From Octopus bimaculoides (lineage: Eukaryota), in assembly GCF_001194135.2 (NCBI RefSeq), contig NC_068987.1, positions 75,781,977 through 75,845,976 of the forward strand: DNA of 64,000 bases, given 5' to 3'. Positions 1-10,804 of the stretch are shown piece by piece (the stretch's first letter is position 1; each line of letters begins with the position of its first letter). Under the pieces are notes generated by a model. That model did no database searches. It was not told the DNA's origin and worked only from the letters and a program-made list of their open reading frames with translations. The translations under genes and the position numbers were made by a program.

Positions 1-500
1 ATGTCTGAACAGTCCTCTGTCTCTTGCCAGCAAGCTTTGTATCAGCTCACGTGTGATGTACCAATCAAAAATAGACGTTTGTCTTCTATTGCTACTGTAG
101 GCCATCATTCAAAGACAGTCGACCACACACGAGATTGCAGCAGAGAATCCAAGAAATACGAAGTTTCTTTATATGTCTGTCTGCTTTTGTCAGACTCTGA
201 CTAACGCTTCTCGCTGACTCTATCTCTCACACTGTGTCTATATATTCAAGTTCATGTCTGTCTGAATGGCTGTCTGAGTTAACACTTTCCGTTTTTTTTC
301 TACCTTCTCCTTTTCGTCCTTCCTATCCATTAATTCCTTTCCTAATTTCATTTTTGTTTTCTCACTTAAATTCTCCGTCTGTGTATATGTGTGTGTGCAT
401 ATGTACGTACTCACATATAATATATATATAAGAAAATTAAGAAAATAGGGATAAATCAAGTAATAATTATATCTATTAATTACAAAAATAGACATAATCT

Positions 501-576
501 CTGACAGCTGTTTCGATTCAGACTTTAAAAATTAATTAAAATAATCAAATCATTATAAAGTTGAATATCGTCGGAG
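501..576 (-). ncRNA. Degenerate type I hammerhead-like motif (long stem II, weak stem I)
   Basis: Minus strand reads CCGACGA - stem II (ATTCA/TGAAT, ACTTTA/TAAAGT) - GAAA - palindromic ACAGCTGT - C (GUC triplet). Stem I has only 2 clear pairs. Confidence 0.45.
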
Positions 577-1092
577 GTAGAAAATATGTGTAAATGGGTT
601 TCAATGAAAATAAAAATGCAAATGCAAACACGATAGTGAATAGATAAATAGATAAAAATGTATTTAATATACGTACATGTTTACAATAGTAAAGAAACTG
701 GCATCCCTAAATCTATTTTGTGTTAATCAAATAAATAAAACAGTCTATTGGTCATATTTTAAAATAAGTAGCGTTCAATTTTATTGGTTTCGTTAACGGT
801 AATTTAATATGTAATAAGGAAAAAAGGAAGAAAGAGAGAAAAAGGAAATAATATAGACTACAGAGTTAAAATGGTATATTTATAAGAAAGAGCAAGGAAA
901 ATATCTGATATCAAAGAAAAAAAAATTATAGTCATATTCCGATTTAAGGGATAAAATGCTCATGTGTACAGTTTATAATATAATAAGTGAATAAAGGAAG
1001 AAAGAAACAAAATAGGAGCATAGTTAATATGTTATTTGTATAAATAATAGAGTAAGGACAAATCCCTTATATATATATATATATATATATAT

Positions 1093-1290
1093 TGTCCAGC
1101 ATTCGCCATGATAGCTCGTTAGCCACTAAACCTTTTTTGTGTTTTTTCACCCTGTTTATTGTTGTATTCCTTTCTGTCGAAGAGCATAGGCTCGAAACGT
1201 AAAAGACTTTCTCACTTCCCGAGCGTTAAACTAATACATCTGTTTGTTGCTTACACACTCGTCCTCGTTTTTTGTAAATTCTCAGTATAT
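1093..1290 (+). mobile_element. Penelope pseudo-LTR-like repeat fragment with degenerate hammerhead-like motif (1170-1205)
   Basis: cttt CTGTCGAA GAGC-atag-GCTC GAAA CGT A aaag, followed by a pyrimidine-rich tail and (TA)n. Core is non-canonical. Confidence 0.45.
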
Positions 1291-1488
1291 ATATATATAT
1301 ATATATNNNNNNNNNNNNNNNNNNNNNNNNNNNNNNNNNNNNNNNNNNNNNNNNNNNNNNNNNNNNNNNNNNNNNNNNNNNNNNNNNNNNNNNNNNNNNN
1401 NNNNNNNNACAAGGTGGAAAAAAGAGTACTCAAATACCAGAGGTAGAGTAATATGCTTTATTTAAAAGCAGCAGAAAAATAACAAAAG

Positions 1489-1528
1489 ACTGTTACTCTG
1501 AGTTTCACGTTCCCGTTCATCGGACAGT
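1489..1528 (-). ncRNA. Minimal type I hammerhead ribozyme (40 nt)
   Basis: Minus strand: ACTGT CCGATGA ACG-GGAA-CGT GAAA CTC-A-GAG TA ACAGT. Stem I 5 bp perfect, stem II 3 bp, stem III near-palindromic, GUA triplet. Only U4>C deviates from the consensus core. Confidence 0.75.
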
Positions 1529-1755
1529 TTTGTTAGAAATGGGGAAGAAATAACAATGCAATCGAAATATAAAATTTAAAACACATGGATTCGTTTGATT
1601 GGTCGTTTGGAGACCCAGCTATTCGTATAGAAGTCACTTGGTAGTGCTCAAAGGTGTAAAACTTAGACTCCGATTTTTAACACGGGATCATTCCACAAGG
1701 TAAAGAAAGGCTACGAGAGGGATCAGGTCGAGCAGGTATAGAAGCAATTAGGCGG

Positions 1756-2484
1756 ATAAACAAATTAGACACATCGGATATACTAAATATATTAACTACA
1801 TTAAATACAAAGTATGTATATATGTATACATACAAAACGAGAGAAAGCAAAGAACGGAAACTTTCGGCTGATGAAATTATAAAAATATATGGAGAGTTAA
1901 GTTAACAGGTCTAACTTACAGAGAGTACAAACGGTAGAGAAAATTAAAGGGGTGGAAGAAATGTGTTATAGATCTAACAGCTGTGTCTGGGGGCTCGGAG
2001 ATCCATAATAAGGTTGGTAGATTTAGTTTACCACAGTATGCTGTTGTATGGATGCAATTAACATTGGATAAGACGATCCTCCGTCATAGGGATATAGAAA
2101 AACATTTCAAATCTTAATGCAGAGAAGTTAAAAAATCTGAAATGTAAGACCTTCTCTACCCTCATGACGGAGGCTCGTCTCCTCTATGTTAAATGCATCC
2201 ATACGGCCGCATATTGTGATGAATTAAATCTACCTACGTTATTATAAATCGCCGACCCTCCCAGAAACAGCTGTTGGACTTATAATACCTTTCTTCCACC
2301 CCTTTAATTTTCTCTGTCGTTTGTACTCTGCTTAAGTTGGACCTGTGTATTTATACATATAAATTTATCATCTGAAAGTTTCCACATTTTGCTTTCTCTC
2401 ATTTTGCATGTATACATATATGCACATTTTGTACTTGATGTATTTAATATATTTAATATATTTAATGTTGTCTAATTTGTTTAT
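1756..2484. repeat. Long imperfect inverted repeat (arms ~1756-2100 and ~2151-2484), each arm carrying a decayed hammerhead motif
   Basis: e.g. aaattaaaggggtggaagaaa (1941-) vs tttcttccacccctttaattt (2290-); ataaacaaattagac vs gtctaatttgtttat; gacgatcctccgtcat vs atgacggaggctcgtc. Confidence 0.9.
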
Positions 2485-3184
2485 ATGTATATGTGTATGT
2501 ATAGCTGTGGCATGGTTGTGTAGTGACGAAGGTCGCATCATGATCAACTCGTTTAGTAAGCAAGTATCGTTTTCTATAGTTCTGGGTTGACCAATGCCTT
2601 CGGAATGTATCTTGTGAACGGAAACTGTGTGGAAGCCTCTCATAAATGTGTACGTATACATGTAGCGATAAGTAATTCTTTAAGATAGTGATATAATACT
2701 GAGCATGGAGCTAAGTGTGTCCTACATGCACATACACAAGAAAAATGAAATCGAAAATTTCCGTAAGGATTCTTTTCCAATATTTGAATTTCTGAAATAT
2801 CTTTCACTTCTAATTTTAAAGTAAACATAATTCTCCAACTTTTTGAACTGAACAGATACACAATTTTATATTTTCAATTTATGAAAGTAGCTTTCTTTTT
2901 CTTTCTTTCATTCATTTCTTTCGTTCTTTTTTTCTTTTTTACATTTCTGTTTTGCTTTTACTGCACAGCTAAAATATAATGTAAAGCAATTTGTTCACTG
3001 AAGAACCACCTTGTGTTCAAATGAATGATGGTTTGTTGGTATAGTAATGTCATCATCACATACATAGTTTGGGGTTGATAAAATAAGTACCAGTTATGCA
3101 CTGGGGTCGATGTAATCGATTAGTCCCCTCCCTCAAAATTTCAGGCCTTCTGCCTTTAGTAGAAAGTATTATTAAATACAAAGT

Positions 3185-3396
3185 AAGGCGGCGAGCTGGC
3201 AGAATCGTTAGCATGCTGAACGAAATGCTCAGCAGTATTTCGCCCGTCGTTACTTTCTGAGTTCAAATTCCACCGAGGTCGACTTTGCTTTCATCCTCTC
3301 GGGATCGATAAATTAAGTACCAGTTGAGTACTGGGGTCAATCTAATCGACTAGTCCCCGCCTCTAAATCGCAGGCCTTGTGCCTATAGCAGACAGG
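3185..3396 (+). mobile_element. tRNA-head SINE family A, full length, inserted at the tail of an older family A fragment (3069-3167)
   Basis: Head ggcggcgagctggcagaatcgttag, B-box-like gagttcaaattcc, body gataaattaagtaccagtt. 17-bp TSD attattaaatacaWagt at 3168-3184 and 3397-3413. Confidence 0.9.
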
Positions 3397-4329
3397 ATTA
3401 TTAAATACATAGTTGGAATATTTGCATAATCGGCAAAAAATGCTTAGTAATTAAAGAATAATACCAAGACCCAATGTTCTAAGTTTAAGAAATGGTCAGA
3501 CTTGGACACGGATTGAATTCTACTATGTATGTATAAATTATAATCCTGTTCGCAGTCATTTTCAAGTTTCTCCAGTAGTAGCTTAGCCAACCTCTCTCTT
3601 TCTTCCTTTATGTATNNNNNNNNNNNNNNNNNNNNNNNNNNNNNNNNNNNNNNNNNNNNNNNNNNNNNNNNNNNNNNNNNNNNNNNNNNNNNNNNNNNNN
3701 NNNNNNNNNNNNNNNNNNNNNNNNNNNNNNNNNNNNNNNNNNNNNNNNNNNNNNNNNNNNNNNNNNNNNNNNNNNNNNNNNNNNNNNNNNNNNNNNNNNN
3801 NNNNNNNNNNNNNNNNNNNNNNNNNNNNNNNNNNNNNNNNNNNNNNNNNNNNNNNNNNNNNNNNNNNNNNNNNNNNNNNNNNNNNNNNNNNNNNNNNNNN
3901 NNNNNNNNNNNNNNNNNNNNNNNNNNNNNNNNNNNNNNNNNNNNNNNNNNNNNNNNNNNNNNNNNNNNNNNNNNNNNNNNNNNNNNNNNNNNNNNNNNNN
4001 NNNNNNNNNNNNNNNNNNNNNNNNNNNNNNNNNNNNNNNNNNNNNNNNNNNNNNNNNNNNNNNNNNNNNNNNNNNNNNNNNNNNNNNNNNNNNNNNNNNN
4101 NNNCATGCCAACCTGGTGCCACACACTTTAATACTGTGAATTATTCTATTACAGATTTATCACCCTTGCACCACGGACCCCACTTCTCTAGGAAACGAAG
4201 GGAACAACGTCTCATATTTGATCTTGACATTATGTCCCCAACAGTTATGAATGAACGTTTTTTCTTTCATCCTTCCACCTCCTCTTAATTTTTTTTACCC
4301 TCTCTCTGCAACATTCCCGTATTTACTTA

Positions 4330-4585
4330 GCTCTACTTTCACCATCATCCTTTTCTTTCTCCTTTCTGCACGCCCTGTATAACTTCTGCTTCACGTTAGC
4401 AACCCGTGTTATTATGCGTCCATTATCAGTTGCAGTCAGTTTTTGAAGCTGAGAGGATGTAAGGGTTACATGTCTTTTTTCACTGTATTTTCTCTTTTGC
4501 TCTGCCCTTTGACGAAGGATTGAATCCGAAACGTTGGATATTCCACTCCTCACTGCAAGTTCACTGTACCCTTTCACTTTTTCTA
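4330..4585 (+). mobile_element. Penelope pseudo-LTR-like fragment with degenerate hammerhead-like motif (4505-4538)
   Basis: TTGACGA A GGAT-tga-ATCC GAAA CGT T gg. C3>U and weak stem I. Confidence 0.4.
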
Positions 4586-5050
4586 CACACGCGCACACAT
4601 GCACACACACGCACGCACACACGGACACGGACACACACACACATATATATATACACATATATGTGTGCGTGTGTGTGAGTGGGCATGAGTGTACAGCTAC
4701 TAAACTTTTCCTCACATACTTTACTTCTACTGAAAAGCTTTAGCGATATGATGCTTATTGCCTGAATTCATTTGCGTACCATACTTATGTGTTAATATCA
4801 AATTTTAGCTTTTTGCTATGTTTTGTTGCATCGGTATATACAACCGTTTACATAATGTACATTATTGCATCAAACAGTCACGTAATTTATGAAACAGCTG
4901 TAAAGAATTATTATGCGTTATCCTTTTACTTCTCAGTTGTACTTGTATGTATGTATGTAATATCTTTATATAACTATTTGTGCATCTATCTTTTTATTAT
5001 ATATTTACATGTATGTATGTATGTATGAATGTATGTATGTATCTGTCTGC

Positions 5051-5084
<34 letters not shown>

Positions 5085-5151
5085 ATCTATAAATCTCTCT
5101 CCCTCTCTCTTAATACATATACACATATATATACATACATACATATACATG

Positions 5152-5220
<69 letters not shown>

Positions 5221-5287
5221 GTAAATATATAAAAATAAAAAGATAAAGAGAGCAATGGTAAGGTTGGAGAAGTATTTTATGGATAGA

Positions 5288-5336
5288 ATCTTACAGCTGT
5301 TTCTAGGAAGATCCAGTACTTCCCTTCATCGGAGAC
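5288..5336 (-). ncRNA. Type I hammerhead ribozyme within a Penelope pseudo-LTR-like repeat (~5230-5635)
   Basis: Minus strand: gtct CCGATGA a GGGAAG-tactggat-CTTCCT a GAAA CAGCTG TA agat. Perfect palindromic stem III ACAGCTGT, GUA triplet, 4-bp stem I. Confidence 0.7.
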
Positions 5337-5628
5337 AGAAAAAATAAAGTAGTCTATTATTATATCCATAGGCGGATATTTTTAGTATGAAGTGGTAAAG
5401 AGTGTGATGTGCTGAAAAAAGAGAAAACAGTACTTGAAGTGTAGTTTCATTCCAGTAGTAAATATCCGTGTAGAAATCCGTGTAAAGTAATCCTTGTGGG
5501 GATAATCCGGAAATTTATGTTGGAGCGAAAGTTGATATAGCATAGATAGCAGAGGTACATATATTCCATATTGCGATGGATTTTTACCTGTATCCTCTTG
5601 GGTTTGGTTAAATCCAATACCCTCCTCA

Positions 5629-5666
<38 letters not shown>

Positions 5667-6266
5667 GACAGGTACACTTACATTCACATATATATACATG
5701 TATTCATACATACTCATATACATATGCACAAATGTATAAATCTCTTCGTGAGATTCGAGAACATACATACAAACATACATACATATATACATATACGCAC
5801 AGAGAGAAGGGGAAATAGAGAGAAAAAATGGGAGAAAGACATAGAAGAAATCACCGAAATGAACCTATACCTACTCTTCAGCTGGTTTCCAATGTTGTTA
5901 TCATTTCTCTCACTCTTCCTCTCTTTCCCCCCTCTCTCTCTCTCTCTCTATCACCCCTTCCGCCAGCGCTACTTCATAAATTGGGATTCAGTTTAGTGGA
6001 AGTTAGGGGTGACTCAAATGAACAAGGAATATAAGAGGAAGTATATTGTAGTAAACTAACTAGGAAATGGAAGAAAATAAGAAGACAAAAAAACTTATGT
6101 GGGTAAGGAAAGTGAAGGGGGGAAATACAGTGGAAGGGTGTCGATGAAGACGAGTAATGCTGTTGTTGTTGGCGGAAGAAACGGCTCGGAGTGGAGTGGG
6201 GGAATCGGTCTCGCGGTAATAAGTGTTATGTAGCGTTGGGGTGCATGAGAGATAGTGGGTGACAGG

Positions 6267-6500
6267 TTAGAGTTGTGGGATATGTAGATAGTTATGTTGG
6301 TGATGGTGGTAGTGGTGGTGGTAGAGTTGTTGTTGTTGATGTTGTTGTTGTTGGTGATGGTCGTGGGTAGTAGTGGTGGCTTTAACGGTGGAAGTGCAGG
6401 GGATTGAACTGGAAATGGTGGTGGTGACAGCGGTGGCGGCAGTGGCAGCTGCGGCGGAAGTGACAGCAGCGGCGGTGGTGATGGTGGCAGTGGTGTTGGG
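6267..6500. repeat. GC-rich trinucleotide low-complexity tract (GGT/GTT/GGC)
   Basis: Degenerate (ggt)n, (gtt)n and (ggc)n runs. Confidence 0.8.
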
Positions 6501-7206
6501 TGCTGAAGAGGAATAGTGAATGCGGTGAGTGGTAGATGAAGGAAAAGCGCAGTCGTTTAACAGGTGATGAGTGGTAGAACCATTTAACATTAGATAGAAC
6601 CATTCTGGAACAAGGAAACTGGAGTTAAAGATATTAAACAAAATAGGAAACAGAGAGGAGGAAAGGAGGAGATAGAAGAGCTAAAGAGGAAGGTCACAAA
6701 ATGAAAAAAAATTGGTTGACATAACTGATGTTATCAAAATCATAATAACTGTTGATAAGATGAGGAGGTTCGTGACAATTTTGATGTCAATAATGATGAT
6801 GATGATGATGATGATGATGATATATACAGGTCAGTTCCTTCTCAATTTTATTCGATTGTCAAAGAATATGTATGAGAATATGTATATGTATATGTATTTT
6901 TCCATATGTGTATTTTCATACACTGTTTTTAACACTGTTTTTAACAATTTCACCTTAATATGACAATCAGTATGTAACACTACAAAGTTCATACAAAGCT
7001 TTATACTTTAAATATATTTTATCATCAAAGAATGTATATATGCATTTTAATACTCAGACTGTTTTTTAACATTTTTTATTATTCTCAAAGTCTTTTGATA
7101 ATCTTTTTCTAAAAAAGTGAAACCGGTTAAGTAAANNNNNNNNNNNNNNNNNNNNNNNNNNNNNNNNNNNNNNNNNNNNNNNNNNNNNNNNNNNNNNNNN
7201 NNNNNN

Positions 7207-7530
7207 NCATACCTACGTCTACCTGTATACATAGGTGCATATCCGGGTACAGGACATTGCAAACAAAACGTAGACAAAAAAATAATAATAACCAGAGTAC
7301 AGAACACACACAGGCCACATAGAGAACATTTTCCTTCATCAGCTACCCCCATTCTAACACAGGCGTTTCGAAGAGTAGGGCAGGACGCATCGTTAAAAAG
7401 GCTCTTCCCATGGATCACAAATTAAATTTGTATGCACAAATTAAACTGTACCATGGAGGAATGTAGTGGCGGACAGAAAACAAGACAGGAAAACAAACGG
7501 AAAAGGCTATACGGCCAGACGTGAAAAATT
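7207..7530. mobile_element. Interspersed repeat fragment of uncertain class
   Basis: Non-microsatellite segment next to a gap, resembling recalled cephalopod repeats. No coding motif identified. Confidence 0.3.
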
Positions 7531-8813
7531 ATGTGTATGTGGAACGCTAAGTGTGTTAGTATGTATGTGTGTATATGTGGATGCGTGCGTGTGTGTGTGT
7601 ATGGCCATGTTTACATTTGTTTGTCTATGTCTGTAAGTTAGAGGTTCCTCGATAGCAATCCTTAATATAAGAACCAGGCTTGAAAGTAAGCACTGAAGCT
7701 TATATGATCGGCTAAACCAGTGAAAGAATAAAATAATAAAATGAAAGGATAAAAGAATACATGAGTGTGTGTGTGTGATTAATGATTCGTGACAAACTAC
7801 TGTGTTTCCATCAACTGAAATCATCAAGATTAAAACATATAGTTTGTAACGAATCATTAAAATTAAAGAATATTTCCTTTCAGCGTTTGAATTCTTTTTT
7901 TTTTTTTGGTCTCAAGGCCTAAATTTGATAGAGGTCACAAGTAGTATTAGCTTTTCATTACATACGCACGTACATACACTTCTGCACACACATATACGTA
8001 TGTATGTATGTATGTATGTATGTATGTATGTACGTATGTATGTATGTAGGTAGGTAGGTAGGTAGGTAGGTAGGTAGGTAGCTACCTACCTACGTATGTA
8101 AGCAGGTCAGTTCATTCTTATATGCTACTGGTAACATGTAACCTAGGGCAACCTGTCACATATTCGGGCCGTCAGCAACTAAGCAGCAACCCTAACAAAA
8201 CTGCATCGCAAGGAGCGTGGTTTTTGTTGGAAACCTGCAGGACAAAAAATATGCTCTCAAAGGGCGGATGAACGCTGTACAATCGACGGCGATTTCACAG
8301 CTGAGATATGAGACGCGCAGAAGAAAAAAGTGATGTAACACCTGCGACTTGATTTTCATCCAAAGATGTAGACTAGGCTTTCTTTTGGAGCAAATAGATA
8401 GGCCGTTCAAGGTGTGGATGGCCCTGTGCAACCTTCAAGCACGGGTATCGATTTAACTTTCGCATCTCTATTATGTTTTCATACTAAGATTGGCCATTTG
8501 CCAAAAGAGGAAAAACATTCAATGAAAATTTCATGACGGAATAAATGCATATGTCAAACTGGGTAGTAAGTTTTCTGAATACCTACTACAAGAGGTGCCC
8601 ATCGTTGGCATATCTATGCAAAAGAGTATGGGTTCCTAGCAACACTGAAAATTCACATCCGTGCTGCTCATGTTTAAGACAACAATCAAGCGATAGCATT
8701 GCGCAAAATCGAGTTGCAGCCATCAAGCATACATATAAATATATGTATGTATGTATGTATGCATGCATGCATGCATGTATGTATGTATGTATGTATGTAT
8801 GTATGTATGAGAG

Positions 8814-9090
8814 TGCATGGCCTAGTGGTTAGAGTGTTGCACTCACGATCGCGAGAACGTGATTTCAGTTCCTGGGCCGAGTGCTGCATTGTGTTCTTGA
8901 GCTTCATCTCCCTTCATCTTACGTTGCTTTGCGATCACTTCGACACTTAATGTGTGGTACACCATGCATCTATTCAAGAAACGTCGATTTGATGAAGTGA
9001 CTGAGCTAATATACAGCACAAACATTTATTTACTATAAACAAAACATTTGTGCAGGCTGATCGGCAAGAAGTTGCAGAAACGTTTTTCTC
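8814..9090 (+). mobile_element. tRNA-head SINE family C (CORE-like body), diverged
   Basis: A-box tggcctagtggttag, B-box-like ttcagttcc, then ttgtgttcttgagc as in the 28412-28739 copy. Confidence 0.7.
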
Positions 9091-9321
9091 GGACTACGCG
9101 AGACTACCATCATATCATATCATATCATATCATATTACATCTTTTTTTTTTTACAAAGCTGGGCATCCGCTTTCTGTCTTTCTTTTTTCTTGAAATTCGA
9201 GCCATGTTGTATATGTGACCCTGGAAGATTGCTTGGAAATACATGACACGCTAAACAAGCTTGTCCGACTATCGTGTTTTTATAGCATGAAACTAACAAT
9301 AGCTCCAATTTAAACCCTATG

Positions 9322-9355
<34 letters not shown>

Positions 9356-10804
9356 TGTATGTATGNNNNNNNNNNNNNNNNNNNNNNNNNNNNNNNNNNN
9401 NNNNNNNNNNNNNNNNNNNNNNNNNNNNNNNNNNNNNNNNNNNNNNNNNNNNNNNNNNNNNNNNNNNNNNNNNNNNNNNNNNNNNNNNNNNNNNNNNNNN
9501 NNNNNNNNNNNNNNNNNNNNNNNNNNNNNNNNNNNNNNNNNNNNNNNNNNNNNNNNNNNNNNNNNNNNNNNNNNNNNNNNNNNNNNNNNNNNNNNNNNNN
9601 NNNNNNNNNNNNNNNNNNNNNNNNNNNNNNNNNNNNNNNNNNNNNNNNNNNNNNNNNNNNNNNNNNNNNNNNNNNNNNNNNNNNNNNNNNNNNNNNNNNN
9701 NNNNNNNNNNNNNNNNNNNNNNNNNNNNNNNNNNNNNNNNNNNNNNNNNNNNNNNNNNNNNNNNNNNNNNNNNNNNNNNNNNNNNNNNNNNNNNNNNNNN
9801 NNNNNNNNNNNNNNNNNNNNNNNNNNNNNNNNNNNNNNTATATATATATATATATATATATATATTACGTTATGCCTGAGCGGTAATACGTCAATAAGCA
9901 TTATCATAGGGTAAGTACTGGGTGTATGTTATGTTTTTCACACAATGGACAGTCATATTTTCTGTCACATTTTGATTCATTAATAGCGTTTATAAACCAC
10001 ATTTATTCAATAGCCATTTCTCAGCGAGCTCTTTCTCTCACCCCCTCTCTCTCTCTCTCTCTCTGCCCACTTTTGGAATGTCTACCTATAATTATGGTGA
10101 CGGTGTATTGCTATAAATGTAACATGATATTAATCTACATTTGCTGTCGATTCTCGAAAAACTTTTTCAATTTACAAGATATATACCTATACTTACTTGG
10201 TATGCTGCTTATTTCACATTTAGATTTCTTTTTAAGATAAATATGTCCCGTAGCTTTTTTTTTCTTATAGCTACGTGAAATATCATTAATCTCCATAAGT
10301 GAATCTTAAGGAATTTGCTTTTAATTCACACGATTTTTTCAAATGTCTTTCAAATATGCTTAAAGTTTTTAGATGAATGGCTATGGAATTTTTTTCGCAC
10401 TGTGCTATGTCAAGTTATCTGTAAAATGTAAGTACAATAGGCGAGACATTCTCATCTGGGGCAGAAAGAAATAAACAATGTGAAGTGTAAAACTAGAATA
10501 TTTATGAGCGGTTTATGCAGAACCGACAAGTACTATACCTTGGCTAAACATCAAAATATCTACGTAAAATTCTACGTAAATTGATATTAACCACTACATT
10601 TCGGGAATGTCATATCCACATCAGAGAGTGGCGACTGTGCGCCGTAAAGTCTTTGAGGGTAAGATCTCGAATCAATGTGCATCCTCTCCTGATGACACTC
10701 GCAACCTACTTGTGTTCTGTGTGTGGAGGTTTCGATTGGCAGCACTTGCATAAGGAAGCTATTTACTAGTCTAGATCCACTGAAAGAACTAACATACTTT
10801 CATA

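Noticed and set aside
1-204. 67-aa ORF and a possible acceptor (ctactgtag|g at 100) at the window start
   Set aside because: No recognisable domain and no good donor. It cannot be supported without upstream context.
1856-1880. GAAAC...CTGATGA in type II hammerhead order
   Set aside because: No stem III and no NUH triplet. The opposite IR arm does not keep the motif.
6267-6641. 124-aa poly-A/T/H/Q ORF resembling a transcription-factor low-complexity region
   Set aside because: Explained by degenerate trinucleotide repeats. No domain or splice support.
7325-7385. Minus-strand GAAAC ... CTGATGA (type II hammerhead order)
   Set aside because: Stem I cannot form and stems II and III are marginal.
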